Shown one piece after another: positions 1-7,341 of a DNA stretch of 20,125 nt. The translations under genes and the position numbers were made by a program. Numbering within the stretch: position 1 is the stretch's first letter; each line of letters starts with the position of its first letter. Source of the DNA: Desulfohalobiaceae bacterium (GTDB lineage: Bacteria; Desulfobacterota; Desulfovibrionia; Desulfovibrionales; Desulfothermaceae); NCBI GenBank assembly GCA_021737615.1, contig JAIPDR010000053.1:1-20125 (forward strand), written 5' to 3'. The notes below the pieces were generated by a model, which saw only the letters and a program-made list of their open reading frames with translations, did no database searches and was not told where the DNA came from.

Positions 1-183
1 TTGAAAGGCTGAAATCAGGGAAACCAGCAGCTCCGGGGCTGAAGTCCCCATGGCCACGACTGTCAGTCCAACCGCCAATTCAGAAATCCCCAGGCGCAGG
101 GCCAATGAGCTCCCCCCTTCCACCAGGGCATAGGCGCCGGCCAGGAGCAGGACCAGGCCGATGAAAAACAGAATGATTGTCAA
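1..183 (-). CDS. CaCA-family Na+/Ca2+ antiporter (YrbG-like), N-terminal 61 codons; continues beyond window start
   Basis: Absent from the ORF track because no stop lies in the window. Minus-strand translation from TTG 183..181 gives (M)TIILFFIGLVLLLAGAYALVEGGSSLALRLGISELAVGLTVVAMGTSAPELLVSLISAFQ. This is a TM helix followed by the GTSxPE alpha-repeat signature of sodium/calcium exchangers. AGAGG lies 6 nt upstream of the TTG. The start codon is uncertain. Confidence 0.6.
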   Translation of the reverse strand, partial: MTIILFFIGLVLLLAGAYALVEGGSSLALRLGISELAVGLTVVAMGTSAPELLVSLISAFQ

Positions 184-200
184 GGGAAACCTCTGTAGAT

Positions 201-456
201 ATTTCCGATTTCCGATTGCCGATTTTTAAAAAAGGCAGACCTGAAATTGCCGATTTTATGAAACACTCATTTAACGCGGTTGATTTCTGGCTGCGGAAAT
301 CCGTGACGCCGCCATAATCGCTGTGAGTTCGTCTGCTTCTTGGCGGAGACTTGCAACCAATTCTTTGTTGAATTGAAGCTTTACTGCTCAAATCGAAAAT
401 TGGCAATCGGAAATCGGAAATATCAAGAATCGCAAATCCAAAATCCAAAATCAATC
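201..456. repeat. Spacer bracketed by inverted heptamer arrays (CGATTTC/CGATTGC and GGATTTT-type units)
   Basis: Left array 201-228 is atttccgatttccgattgccgattttt. Right array 390-456 is aaatcgaaaattggcaatcggaaatcggaaat...cgcaaatccaaaatccaaaatc. Positions 201-220 are the perfect reverse complement of 402-421 (20 bp). The left array starts 17 nt from the antiporter start and the right array overlaps the MscS stop codon (455-457). Confidence 0.9.
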
Positions 457-1312
457 ATCCCCGGCCCGCCAGGGCCTTGACGGCCTTGGTCTGCTCCAGG
501 AACAGCTGCAGATGAGGAAAGGGAATCTCAATACCGGCCAGATCCAGAGCCTTCTTACATTTTTCCGTGTACTCCCACATCAGGGCGTATTTCATTCCGG
601 GATCTTCCGTCCAGAAGCGAAGCTGCAGGTTGACGCTGCTGTCTCCCAGGCTGGTAACAACGACTGACGGGGCCGGGTCCGGCAAGATCCTCTCATCCCC
701 TTGTATGGTGTTCAGGAGAATGTTCCTGGCCGTATCGATGTCCTCCTTATACGCTATGCCGATGGACATGCGCACCCGCGACTTCGGAGTCAGGGTGTAG
801 TTGATCACCCGTTCCTGGGCCAACTGCTTGTTGGGGACCACCACGGTTTCATTGTCAAAGGTCGTGAGTATGGTGGTTCGCAGCCGTATCTGGGATACCG
901 AGGCGTGCATGTCGCCTATGGATATCCAGTCGCCCTCCTTGAAGGGACGGTCGATGATGATGGCCACCCCGGAAATCAGATTGGCGATGGTGTCCTGCGC
1001 CGCAAAGGACAGGGCCAGACCGGCAATACCTACACCGGCGATCAGTGAGCCCACGTTGATCGAAAGCTGCCCGGCTACGGTCAGAAAGGCAAAAACAAAC
1101 AGGGCATATCTGGCAAAGCGGAGAATGAGATTGACGGCCTGCGGAGAAACCGTGGTCTTGGCCAGGGCGGTGGAAGTGGTTTTCTGGATAACTTTGTTCA
1201 CGATCCAGAACAAGATGATCAAGAAAACGGCCCCAATGACATTGGGGACATATTCCGCGATCCGGGTCATCAAAGATTGCAGGTCAATGGCTTGAAGCAT
1301 ACGTTCGAACAT
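455..1312 (-). CDS. MscS-family small-conductance mechanosensitive channel
   Basis: 285-aa ORF. ATG at 1312 is preceded by AAGGAGG 6 nt upstream. N-terminal TM helices are followed by LISGVAIIIDRPFKEGDWISIGD...TVVVPNKQL, typical of the MscS pore helix and beta domain. Confidence 0.85.
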   Translation of the reverse strand: MFERMLQAIDLQSLMTRIAEYVPNVIGAVFLIILFWIVNKVIQKTTSTALAKTTVSPQAVNLILRFARYALFVFAFLTVAGQLSINVGSLIAGVGIAGLALSFAAQDTIANLISGVAIIIDRPFKEGDWISIGDMHASVSQIRLRTTILTTFDNETVVVPNKQLAQERVINYTLTPKSRVRMSIGIAYKEDIDTARNILLNTIQGDERILPDPAPSVVVTSLGDSSVNLQLRFWTEDPGMKYALMWEYTEKCKKALDLAGIEIPFPHLQLFLEQTKAVKALAGRG

Positions 1313-1322
1313 GAGAGCCTCC

Positions 1323-1351
1323 TTTTAGTCACTTACAAACTTTAGGTGTAC
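1323..1351. repeat. Solo arm of the AAGTGCCTAAAGT hairpin-element family (in the MscS 5' leader)
   Basis: ttttagtcacttacaaactttaggtgtac closely matches the arm at 7311-7338 (gttcacttacaaacttgagtcac). Confidence 0.7.
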
Positions 1352-1404
1352 AGGGCTTGACATTTTGCAACGAAAATGCAAATTTTCAAAAAAGAGGCGA
1401 AAAC

Positions 1405-1786
1405 ATGGTCAATCCGTACATCCAACGCTCTCTGGAGCCGGTTATCAGCAAGGCTGCCGCTCAATTCCCGGCAGTAATCCTGACCGGCCCCCGACAGTCC
1501 GGGAAAACAACCCTGCTCAAACACCTCTTTGGCTTGCAGTATCGATATGTATCCCTGGAAGCCCCTGATTTTCGCGGATCAGCCCAGGAAGATCCGCGCA
1601 GCTTTCTTGAAATTCACGCCCCGCCTGTTATTTTCGGCAACACCCCGTCCGGCTATGGCCTCAGCCCTGAAATCCTTTCACAAGGATTTTCCGAACAAAA
1701 CCCGGCCTGAGTATGTCATCCACCCGGGTGAAGCCTGCTTGCCTCTGGGTCAAAACATAATGGCCCTTCCTTTTGCGCGGCTGTAA
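1405..1786 (+). pseudogene. Remnant of an AAA_14/DUF4143-type ATPase gene (internal deletion plus frame change)
   Basis: ATG 1405 opens MVNPYIQRSLEPVISKAAAQFPAVILTGPRQSGKTTLLKHLF, with Walker A GPRQSGKT, as in ~400-aa DUF4143 ATPases. Family-like sequence is lost after ...PPVIF (~1640) and that frame stops at 1710. A different frame (ORF 1529..1786) ends YVIHPGEACLPLGQNIMALPFARL, resembling the family C-terminus. This is the only plus-strand gene in the window. Confidence 0.6.
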
Positions 1787-1801
1787 AATCAAGAGTCAAT
1801 T

Positions 1802-1846
1802 CCTTTAGGCACTTTAGTTCATTTATCAACTTGAGGCACTTCTTCT
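1802..1846. repeat. Arm of the AAGTGCCTAAAGT hairpin-element family overlapping the 3' end of the PAS kinase gene
   Basis: cctttaggcactttagttcatttatcaacttgaggcacttcttc aligns with the right arm of the element at 15917-15967. Positions 1827-1844 are the exact reverse complement of 6339-6356 (18 nt). The arm encodes EEVPQVDK plus the stop codon. Confidence 0.85.
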
Positions 1847-4800
1847 CTCCCGTCCAGCACCTCCCTCACTTTTCCGGCGATACCTTCCCGCTGAAAGGGT
1901 TTCATGAGTACGGCCCGGATCCCCTTTTCCTTGAGATTCTCCCTGGTAATCCGTTCGCTGAATCCAGTGCAGATGATCACGGGTAGATCCGGCCGGATGG
2001 CCAGCAACCGCAGGGTCAAGTCCTCCCCGGTCATCTGCGGCATGTCCATGTCGGTGATAACCAGATCAAAGGCTTCCGGGTCTGCGGCAAAGACCTCCAG
2101 GGCCTCGAGACTCCCGGTTCGGGCCTCGACCCGATAACCGAGGCCCTCGAGCATCCGCCTGCCGATTCGGACAATGGAGGGTTCGTCGTCCACCAGGAGA
2201 ATACGTTCGGTTCCGGCCTGGAGGGAGGCTTCCGGTTTGGATCGAGGGCCTTCTTCCGCCTCGAGTGCCGGCAGGTAAACCCGAAAGGTCGAGCCCCGGC
2301 CCGGCTCGCTATAGACCGAGATCATGCCTCCGTGCTCCTTGACAATGCCATAGGCCGTGGACAGGCCCAAACCGGTGCCCTTGTGTTTGTCCTTGGTGGT
2401 AAAGAAAGGTTCGAAGATCCGCTGCCTGACCTCCGGCGACATGCCGGGGCCGGTATCGCTGACGGTCAGACGAAGATATTCGCCCGGCTCCATATCGGCA
2501 TCCCGCTTTGTGAATCCTGCATCCAGGTCCGTGACCGAGAGTCCAATCTCAAGAACACCCCCGGTCTCGGCCATGGCCTGGGCCGCGTTGGTGCAGAGAT
2601 TCATCAAGACCTGATGCAGCTGGGAGGGATCACCGGAAACCAAGGGCAGATTCCCCTGAATTTCCCGGCGAATCTCAATGCCGGCCGACAGCGTGGCCTG
2701 GAGCATCTTCACGCTTTCTTTGACCAGGGCCTGGAGTTCCACTGGTTCTTTGTCTCCTTTTTGTTTTCGACTGAAAGCCAAGATCCGCTGCACCAGATCC
2801 GCAGCCCGGTTTCCGGCTTTGAGGATCTCATGCAGATCCCGATGAACCGGGCTGCCCGGTTTGGCCTCCGCAGCGGCCAGCTGGGCCGTGCCAATGATTG
2901 CGGTCAAAATATTGTTGAAATCATGAGCGATACCCCCGGCCAGGGTGCCGATGGCCTCCATTTTCTGGGCCTGCAGAAGTTTGACTTCCAGGTCCTGTTT
3001 CTCCTGTTCAGCCATTTTCCAGTCCGTGATATCACGGGCCAGGCCCTGTACACCCAGGACCTTGCCCAGAGCGTCTTTGCGCAGGGCGGCATTGGTGGAG
3101 ACCCAGACCAGGGAGCCGTCCCGGGCGGGCATTTCCGCCTGAAAATCCTTGAGTTCCCCGGTTTCTTGCAGCGCCGCCAGAAGATCCTCCCGCTGCTCAG
3201 GAATGCGGTAAAATCGAGACATTTGCTCGCCCAGAACCTCTTCCGGGGCATAGCCCAGGATATCCCTAACCGACGGAGAAATAACCGTGATGCGGCCCTT
3301 AGCGTCCGTACGGTAAAAAATGTCCGTGATACTGTAAAAAATATCCTGATATTCCTGCCGGCTTTGCCGCAGAGATCGTTCCATGTCTTTGCGCCGGCTG
3401 ATGTCCTGAACCATGACCTGCACGGCCGGCTGGCCCTCGTAGCTCAGGGCCGTGGCCATGACCTCGACGTCGATGGCCTGCCCGTCCAGGCGGACATAAC
3501 GGTCTTCCACCGGATAGAGACCGGTCTCCCCGGCCAGCATGCGCCGGATTCTGTCCCTTGCCGCGTCCCAATTGTCCGGGTGAATGATCTCCTTGATCGG
3601 CTTGCCCATAAGCTCTTCCGGGGAAGCGGCCCCGATGATCTCCGCCCCGGCCTGATTGCTGAAAACCACCCGTCCCCCGGCATGCACGCAGATCCCCACC
3701 GGCGAGACCTCGATCAGGTTGCGGTAGCGGGCCTCACTCTCCTGGAGCAATTGCTCGGCCTTTTTCAAGCTGCTGATATCGGTGTGGGTGCCGACCACCC
3801 GGACCGCCTTTCCCTGCTCATCATACGAAAAAACCTTGCCCCGGCCCAGGATCCACTTCCAGTGCCCGGATTTCGTCTCCAGCCTGAACTCTTTTTCAAA
3901 AGGCTCGGATTTCTGTGCAATGTGCTCAAGAATGCCTGCCTCGACACCTGCTCTGTCCTCCGGATGCAAAAGACCGGCCCAGGTCTCGTAGCTCTGGGGC
4001 AGCTCATAAGGCGTATAGCCGAGCATGGTGAAATAGCGAGGACTGAAATAGACCTCCCCGGTCCGGACATTCCAGTCCCAGAGGCCGTCATTACTGGCTT
4101 CCAGGGCAAAGGTGAGGCGCTCTTCACTTTTTTTCAGGGCCTCTTCCATGTCAATTTTTTCAGTGACATCCTCGGCCACCTTCACGAAATGAGTGATCGA
4201 GCCGTCTTCAGCAAACATGGGTGAGATGGAGGCCTGCTCCCAATAGAACTTATCATTTTTTTTCCGGTTAGAGAACATCCCCCGCCACTCCCGCCCTGAG
4301 AGCAGGGCCTCAAGCATTTCTTCAGCCTCTTTCTCCGATTGTTCACCCAATTCCATGGCCTTCCGGCCCAGAATCTCTGCGGCGGTATAGCCAGTTATTT
4401 GCTCAAACTTGGGATTCACGTACTCAATGTTGCCTTCACCATCGGTGATCATGACGATGTTCGGGCTTTGTTCGACGGCAGCGGACAATTTTCGAATTTC
4501 TCTCTCCGCCTCCTTGCGCCTGGCCAGCTCCGCCTCCAGGTCCTGCATCTTCTTTTCCAGCTTCTGTACCAAGCGCTGGCTGTAGAGTTTGTAGGTCTCT
4601 TCTTCTGCTCGCTGAGCCGGCTGACCCGGCTCAAGGCCTCGGGCCTCGGCTTCCTCCATCACCGCCTGGACTGCCTTGAGGAAATCGTTCGGCTGCATCG
4701 GCTTGCGCAGGAAGCGGTCCGCCCCCAGCTTAAGGGCAAAAGTCTCGTCCTTGTCGTCCACATACGTGGCCGTGTAAAAGATGAAAGGAATGTTTCGCAG

Positions 4801-5013
4801 GGCCTCGTTGCCCTTGCAGTGCTTGCAGAGCTGGAATCCGTCCATGACCGGCATGAGGATGTCGGCAATGATCAGGTCAAAGGGCTCGGCCTGGAGTTTG
4901 TCCAGGGCTTCCTGGCCGTTTGCAGCCGTGACGGTCTCATACCCCTTGGCCTGGAACATGGTCTGGAGCAGGTAGAGGTTTTCCAGCTTGTCGTCGACGA
5001 TGAGGGCCTTCAT
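1819..5013 (-). CDS. Hybrid sensor histidine kinase: REC - coiled coil - 4 PAS - HisKA - HATPase_c - REC
   Basis: 1064-aa ORF. ATG 5013 follows GGAGAG. The N-terminal receiver has VDD...DLIIADILMP. Four PAS-like blocks follow. The H-box is IAHDFNNILTAI and the HATPase G-boxes are DTGPGM and GTGLGLS. The C-terminal receiver has LLVDDE...DLVITDMDMP...LMKP. Confidence 0.92.
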   Translation of the reverse strand: MKALIVDDKLENLYLLQTMFQAKGYETVTAANGQEALDKLQAEPFDLIIADILMPVMDGFQLCKHCKGNEALRNIPFIFYTATYVDDKDETFALKLGADRFLRKPMQPNDFLKAVQAVMEEAEARGLEPGQPAQRAEEETYKLYSQRLVQKLEKKMQDLEAELARRKEAEREIRKLSAAVEQSPNIVMITDGEGNIEYVNPKFEQITGYTAAEILGRKAMELGEQSEKEAEEMLEALLSGREWRGMFSNRKKNDKFYWEQASISPMFAEDGSITHFVKVAEDVTEKIDMEEALKKSEERLTFALEASNDGLWDWNVRTGEVYFSPRYFTMLGYTPYELPQSYETWAGLLHPEDRAGVEAGILEHIAQKSEPFEKEFRLETKSGHWKWILGRGKVFSYDEQGKAVRVVGTHTDISSLKKAEQLLQESEARYRNLIEVSPVGICVHAGGRVVFSNQAGAEIIGAASPEELMGKPIKEIIHPDNWDAARDRIRRMLAGETGLYPVEDRYVRLDGQAIDVEVMATALSYEGQPAVQVMVQDISRRKDMERSLRQSRQEYQDIFYSITDIFYRTDAKGRITVISPSVRDILGYAPEEVLGEQMSRFYRIPEQREDLLAALQETGELKDFQAEMPARDGSLVWVSTNAALRKDALGKVLGVQGLARDITDWKMAEQEKQDLEVKLLQAQKMEAIGTLAGGIAHDFNNILTAIIGTAQLAAAEAKPGSPVHRDLHEILKAGNRAADLVQRILAFSRKQKGDKEPVELQALVKESVKMLQATLSAGIEIRREIQGNLPLVSGDPSQLHQVLMNLCTNAAQAMAETGGVLEIGLSVTDLDAGFTKRDADMEPGEYLRLTVSDTGPGMSPEVRQRIFEPFFTTKDKHKGTGLGLSTAYGIVKEHGGMISVYSEPGRGSTFRVYLPALEAEEGPRSKPEASLQAGTERILLVDDEPSIVRIGRRMLEGLGYRVEARTGSLEALEVFAADPEAFDLVITDMDMPQMTGEDLTLRLLAIRPDLPVIICTGFSERITRENLKEKGIRAVLMKPFQREGIAGKVREVLDGREEVPQVDK
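4500..5013. repeat. Copy 1 of a ~514-bp direct duplication (REC + coiled-coil module)
   Basis: Collinear with 5825-6338 at a constant offset of 1325 nt. By eye there are only scattered substitutions, and the stretch 4800-4990 versus 6125-6315 is almost identical. Confidence 0.9.
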
Positions 5014-5027
5014 GCGCTCTCCATATC

Positions 5028-5212
5028 ACATTTTGGATTTTGGATTGCGGACCTTCGGATTTTGGCCTATGCCCCGGCTTCCGTCTAGTAGAGCCTACAG
5101 CTCGAAGAGAAGGATTGCGGATAGATTTCAAGAAGAAAATTTTGGTTTTTTCTCATAATAACCAGCTCTTATTCTTCATCTTAACGATCCAAAATCCGCA
5201 ATCCAAAATCCT
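5028..5212. repeat. Spacer bracketed by inverted heptamer arrays, with a conserved core
   Basis: Arrays are 5028-5065 (acattttggattttggattgcggaccttcggattttgg) and 5186-5212 (gatccaaaatccgcaatccaaaatcc). Positions 5035-5051 are the exact reverse complement of 5195-5211 (17 bp). The right array overlaps the HD-GYP stop (5211-5213) and the left array ends 14 nt from the kinase ATG. Core 5127-5187 is homologous to 9601-9662 and, inverted, to 14058-14118. Confidence 0.9.
5155..5184 (-). promoter_or_regulatory. Sigma-70-like hexamer pair inside the conserved core (speculative)
   Basis: The minus strand reads TTAAGA-18 nt-TATTAT. The equivalent positions in the other copies read TTAAGA-18-TATCTG (9600s, minus strand) and GGAAGA-18-CTATAT (14060s, plus strand). 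There is no experimental support and the 18-nt spacer is suboptimal. Confidence 0.2.
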
Positions 5213-6338
5213 AAAAGCTGCCGGCATCGAAAGAAAAGCCTTTGTCCAGATACAGCCTGAGGCAGGCATCCACTGCTCCTGGATCGTACCTGATGCCCCG
5301 GCCCTGCTCGATCTCCTCCAATGCCTGATCCAAATCCAAGGCCGTACGGTAGGGCCGATGAGAGGTCATGGCCTCGACCACGTCGGCCACGGCCATGATA
5401 CGGGCTTCCAACAAGATATCCTTTTCGGACAGGCCCTGGGGATAACCGGAGCCATCCAGTCGCTCGTGATGCTGGAACACGGTCCGGGCGATGGGCCAGG
5501 GGAAGTCGATGTCCTTCAGGATGTCATAACCCGTCTGGGAATGGTTTTGAATCAGGCTGTATTCCATATCTGACAAGCGGACTGATTTGGATAGGATTTC
5601 CGCAGGCACCGCGATCTTTCCAAGATCGTGGATCATGCCTGCCAGAGAGACTCCCTTTTTCTGTTGTTCAGGAAGGGCCAATTCCCCGGCAATGGCCCGG
5701 GCGAGCCTGGCGACGCGGCTCTGGTGCCCGGATGTATAAGGGTCACGCAATTCGACCATTCTGGCGGTGGCCTTGACTGTTCCCTCCAAGGCCTTCCACA
5801 GTTGGGCATGAGCTTTCTGTAGGTTCTCCTCCGCTTGCTTGCGGCCGGCCAGCTCCACTTCCAGATCCTGCATCTTCTGTTCCAGCTTCTGCACCAAGCG
5901 CTGGCTGTAGAGTTTGTAGGTCTCTTCTTCTGCTCGCTGGGCCGGCTGGCCCGGCTCAAGGCCTCGGGCCTCGGCTTCCTCCATCACCGCCTGGGCTGCC
6001 CCGAGAAAGCCGTTCGGCTGCATGGGCTTGCGCAGGAAGCGGTCCGCACCCAGCTTCAAAGCAAAGGCCTCGTCTTTTTCATCCACATACGTGGCCGTGT
6101 AAAAGATGAAAGGAATGTTTCGCAGGGCCTCGTCGCCCTTGCAGTGCTTGCAGAGCTGAAATCCGTCCATGACCGGCATCAGGATGTCGGCAATGATCAG
6201 GTCAAAGGGCTCGGCCTGGAGTTTGTCCAGGGCTTCCTGGCCGTTTGCAGCCGTGACGGTCTCATACCCCTTGGCCTGGAACATGGTCTGGAGCAGGTAG
6301 AGGTTTTCCGGCTTGTCGTCGACGAGGAGGATTTTCAT
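5211..6338 (-). CDS. Response regulator with HD-GYP domain (RpfG-like c-di-GMP phosphodiesterase)
   Basis: ORF 5211..6377. I place the start at ATG 6338 (MKILLVDDKPENLYLL) because it aligns with the MKALIVDDKLENLYLL start of the paralogous module and GAGG lies 8 nt upstream. The longer ORF starts at a GTG inside a repeat. The HD-GYP motifs HDLGK and HHERLDGSGYPQGL are intact. Confidence 0.9.
   Translation of the reverse strand: MKILLVDDKPENLYLLQTMFQAKGYETVTAANGQEALDKLQAEPFDLIIADILMPVMDGFQLCKHCKGDEALRNIPFIFYTATYVDEKDEAFALKLGADRFLRKPMQPNGFLGAAQAVMEEAEARGLEPGQPAQRAEEETYKLYSQRLVQKLEQKMQDLEVELAGRKQAEENLQKAHAQLWKALEGTVKATARMVELRDPYTSGHQSRVARLARAIAGELALPEQQKKGVSLAGMIHDLGKIAVPAEILSKSVRLSDMEYSLIQNHSQTGYDILKDIDFPWPIARTVFQHHERLDGSGYPQGLSEKDILLEARIMAVADVVEAMTSHRPYRTALDLDQALEEIEQGRGIRYDPGAVDACLRLYLDKGFSFDAGSF
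5825..6338. repeat. Copy 2 of the REC + coiled-coil module duplication
   Basis: See 4500-5013. The protein segments are near-identical from LVDDK through QRLVQKLE.KMQDLE.ELA.RK.AE. Confidence 0.9.
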
Positions 6339-6356
6339 AAGAAGTGCCTCAAGTTG
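6339..6356. repeat. Solo arm of the AAGTGCCTAAAGT family immediately upstream of the HD-GYP start
   Basis: aagaagtgcctcaagttg is the exact reverse complement of 1827-1844. Confidence 0.85.
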
Positions 6357-6368
6357 TTTTACATTGTG

Positions 6369-6695
6369 AATCTCCACATTTTGGATTTTGGATTGCGGAA
6401 TTCAGAGTCATGATTTTGAGACTATTTGCTTTTTCTCGCGGTTTTTATCGAAGATACGATTATTGCGATAATTTCATCGTTTTCTTTCATGAGAGCAGGT
6501 ACCGAGTTCGTTTCAAGAATTTTCATCTCCTCTATGATCTCAAGCCAAAACAATGTTTCATCGGCTTCTTCTTCCACTATGGCCAATTTTGAAATAAAAT
6601 CAGCTACAACACCATCCTCCAATCTTCATTCCCCAATCCCTCAGGGGCTTAGTCCAAAGTCCACTTCCCCAATCCAAAATCCGCAATCCAAAATC
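6369..6695. repeat. Inverted heptamer arrays bracketing the four-helix-bundle gene remnant
   Basis: Arrays are 6369-6399 (aatctccacattttggattttggattgcgga) and 6669-6695 (ccaatccaaaatccgcaatccaaaatc). Positions 6384-6399 are the exact reverse complement of 6680-6695 (16 bp). The right array abuts the receiver stop codon (6694-6696). Confidence 0.9.
6422..6622 (-). pseudogene. C-terminal half of a four-helix-bundle protein (23S rRNA intervening-sequence protein family), N-terminal half missing
   Basis: The 66-aa ORF has a TTG as first codon and no ATG. The sequence ...DFISKLAIVEEEADETLFWLEIIEEMKIL...ENDEIIAIIVSSIKTARKSK matches helices 3-4 of the ~120-aa family (..EA.ET.YWLELL..). Upstream sequence in all frames is heptamer repeat, not helices 1-2. 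Confidence 0.6.
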
Positions 6696-7158
6696 ACAGA
6701 TATCGCCTGACCTCGTCCACAAACGATCCGGTATCAATCGGTTTTTCAATATAGCCGTCACAGCCGGCCGCAAAGGTCTTTTCCCGATCGCCCTTCATGG
6801 CATAGGCGGTCATGGCCACTACAGGCATACGCTTCATTTTGGATTTTGGATCTTGGATTTTGGATTCTTCTTTATTCTGTAATCCGGATTCCAAATTCCG
6901 AATTCGCCTCGTGGCCTCATACCCGTCCAGTTTGGGCAACTGCATATCCATCAGAACCAAATCGGGCTTCTTTTGAATGGCCTTTTGCACGCCCTCCTCT
7001 CCATCCCTGGCCTCCAAGACTTCAAAGCCGGCAATTTCCAGTAGAAATCTGGCCAGATACAAGTTTTTCTCCTCATCCTCAACGATCAAGACCTTCTTAT
7101 TCTGCGGCGAAAAATCAGGATTATAGCCCTTGGTGTTCATCATGCTCCATCCTTTCAT
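6694..7158 (-). CDS. Single-domain CheY-like response regulator with an expanded loop
   Basis: 154-aa ORF with ATG at 7158. Alternative starts at 7143/7140 have a better SD (AAGGATGGAG). REC motifs are VLIVEDEE, DLVLMDMQLP, VVAMTAYAMKGD and YIEKP. The loop between RRIRNLE and PVVAMTA is about twice its usual length (see 6835-6905). Confidence 0.88.
   Translation of the reverse strand: MKGWSMMNTKGYNPDFSPQNKKVLIVEDEEKNLYLARFLLEIAGFEVLEARDGEEGVQKAIQKKPDLVLMDMQLPKLDGYEATRRIRNLESGLQNKEESKIQDPKSKMKRMPVVAMTAYAMKGDREKTFAAGCDGYIEKPIDTGSFVDEVRRYL
6835..6905. repeat. Miniature heptamer element inside the receiver CDS, in frame
   Basis: The minus strand reads cggaatttggaatccggatt-acagaataaagaag-aatccaaaatccaagatccaaaatccaaaatg. 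That is an array, an AGAATAA(A)GA core and an inverse array. It translates as NLESGLQNKEESKIQDPKSKMK. Confidence 0.85.
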
Positions 7159-7222
7159 TTTCTTGACTTTATCAACAAATATTAAACAGAATCCCGATTA
7201 TTTTCTCATAATAGTTATTTCC

Positions 7223-7341
7223 GTAAGTGCCTAAAATTAAGCGTTCTGTGTTTCATCGTTTCCCTATTGTCAATGTCTTCCTCTTCCAATTCTGCCAACT
7301 TTAGACACTTTCGTTCACTTACAAACTTGAGTCACTTCGTC
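7223..7341. repeat. ~119-bp hairpin (MITE-like) element, AAGTGCCTAAAGT family
   Basis: The left arm is gtaagtgcctaaaattaagcg (7223-7243). The right arm is ccaactttagacactttcgttcacttacaaacttgagtcacttcgtc (7295-7341). The right arm contains the last six codons (RSDSSL) and the stop codon (7319-7321) of the upstream kinase. Confidence 0.8.

Noticed and set aside
80-454. 124-aa minus-strand ORF spanning the first spacer
   Set aside because: It runs through heptamer arrays (ILDFGFAILDISDFRLPIFD...) and then overlaps the antiporter gene out of frame. It has no RBS and no motifs.
1347-1404. Promoter or operator upstream of the DUF4143 remnant (TTGACA at 1347-1352 and the near-palindrome ttttgca-N7-tgcaaat)
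   Set aside because: The -10 region is unconvincing, the palindrome is imperfect, and the downstream gene is a remnant. The evidence is too weak to annotate.
2332-4224. 630-aa plus-strand ORF, and other long plus-strand ORFs (4339-5088, 5835-6413, 7397-8518, 8573-9178, 11852-12634, 12944-13948, 16019-17038, 17291-18133)
   Set aside because: All lie antisense to well-supported minus-strand signalling genes. Their translations are low-complexity (rich in G/L/P/Q/R) with no recognisable motifs. Their apparent conservation between paralogous regions simply mirrors conservation of the sense strand.
7223-7341. Hairpin elements (also 15848-15967) as rho-independent terminators
   Set aside because: The stems are long, imperfect and AT-rich, and no U-tract follows them on the transcribed strand. 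The genes downstream appear to need read-through or their own promoters.
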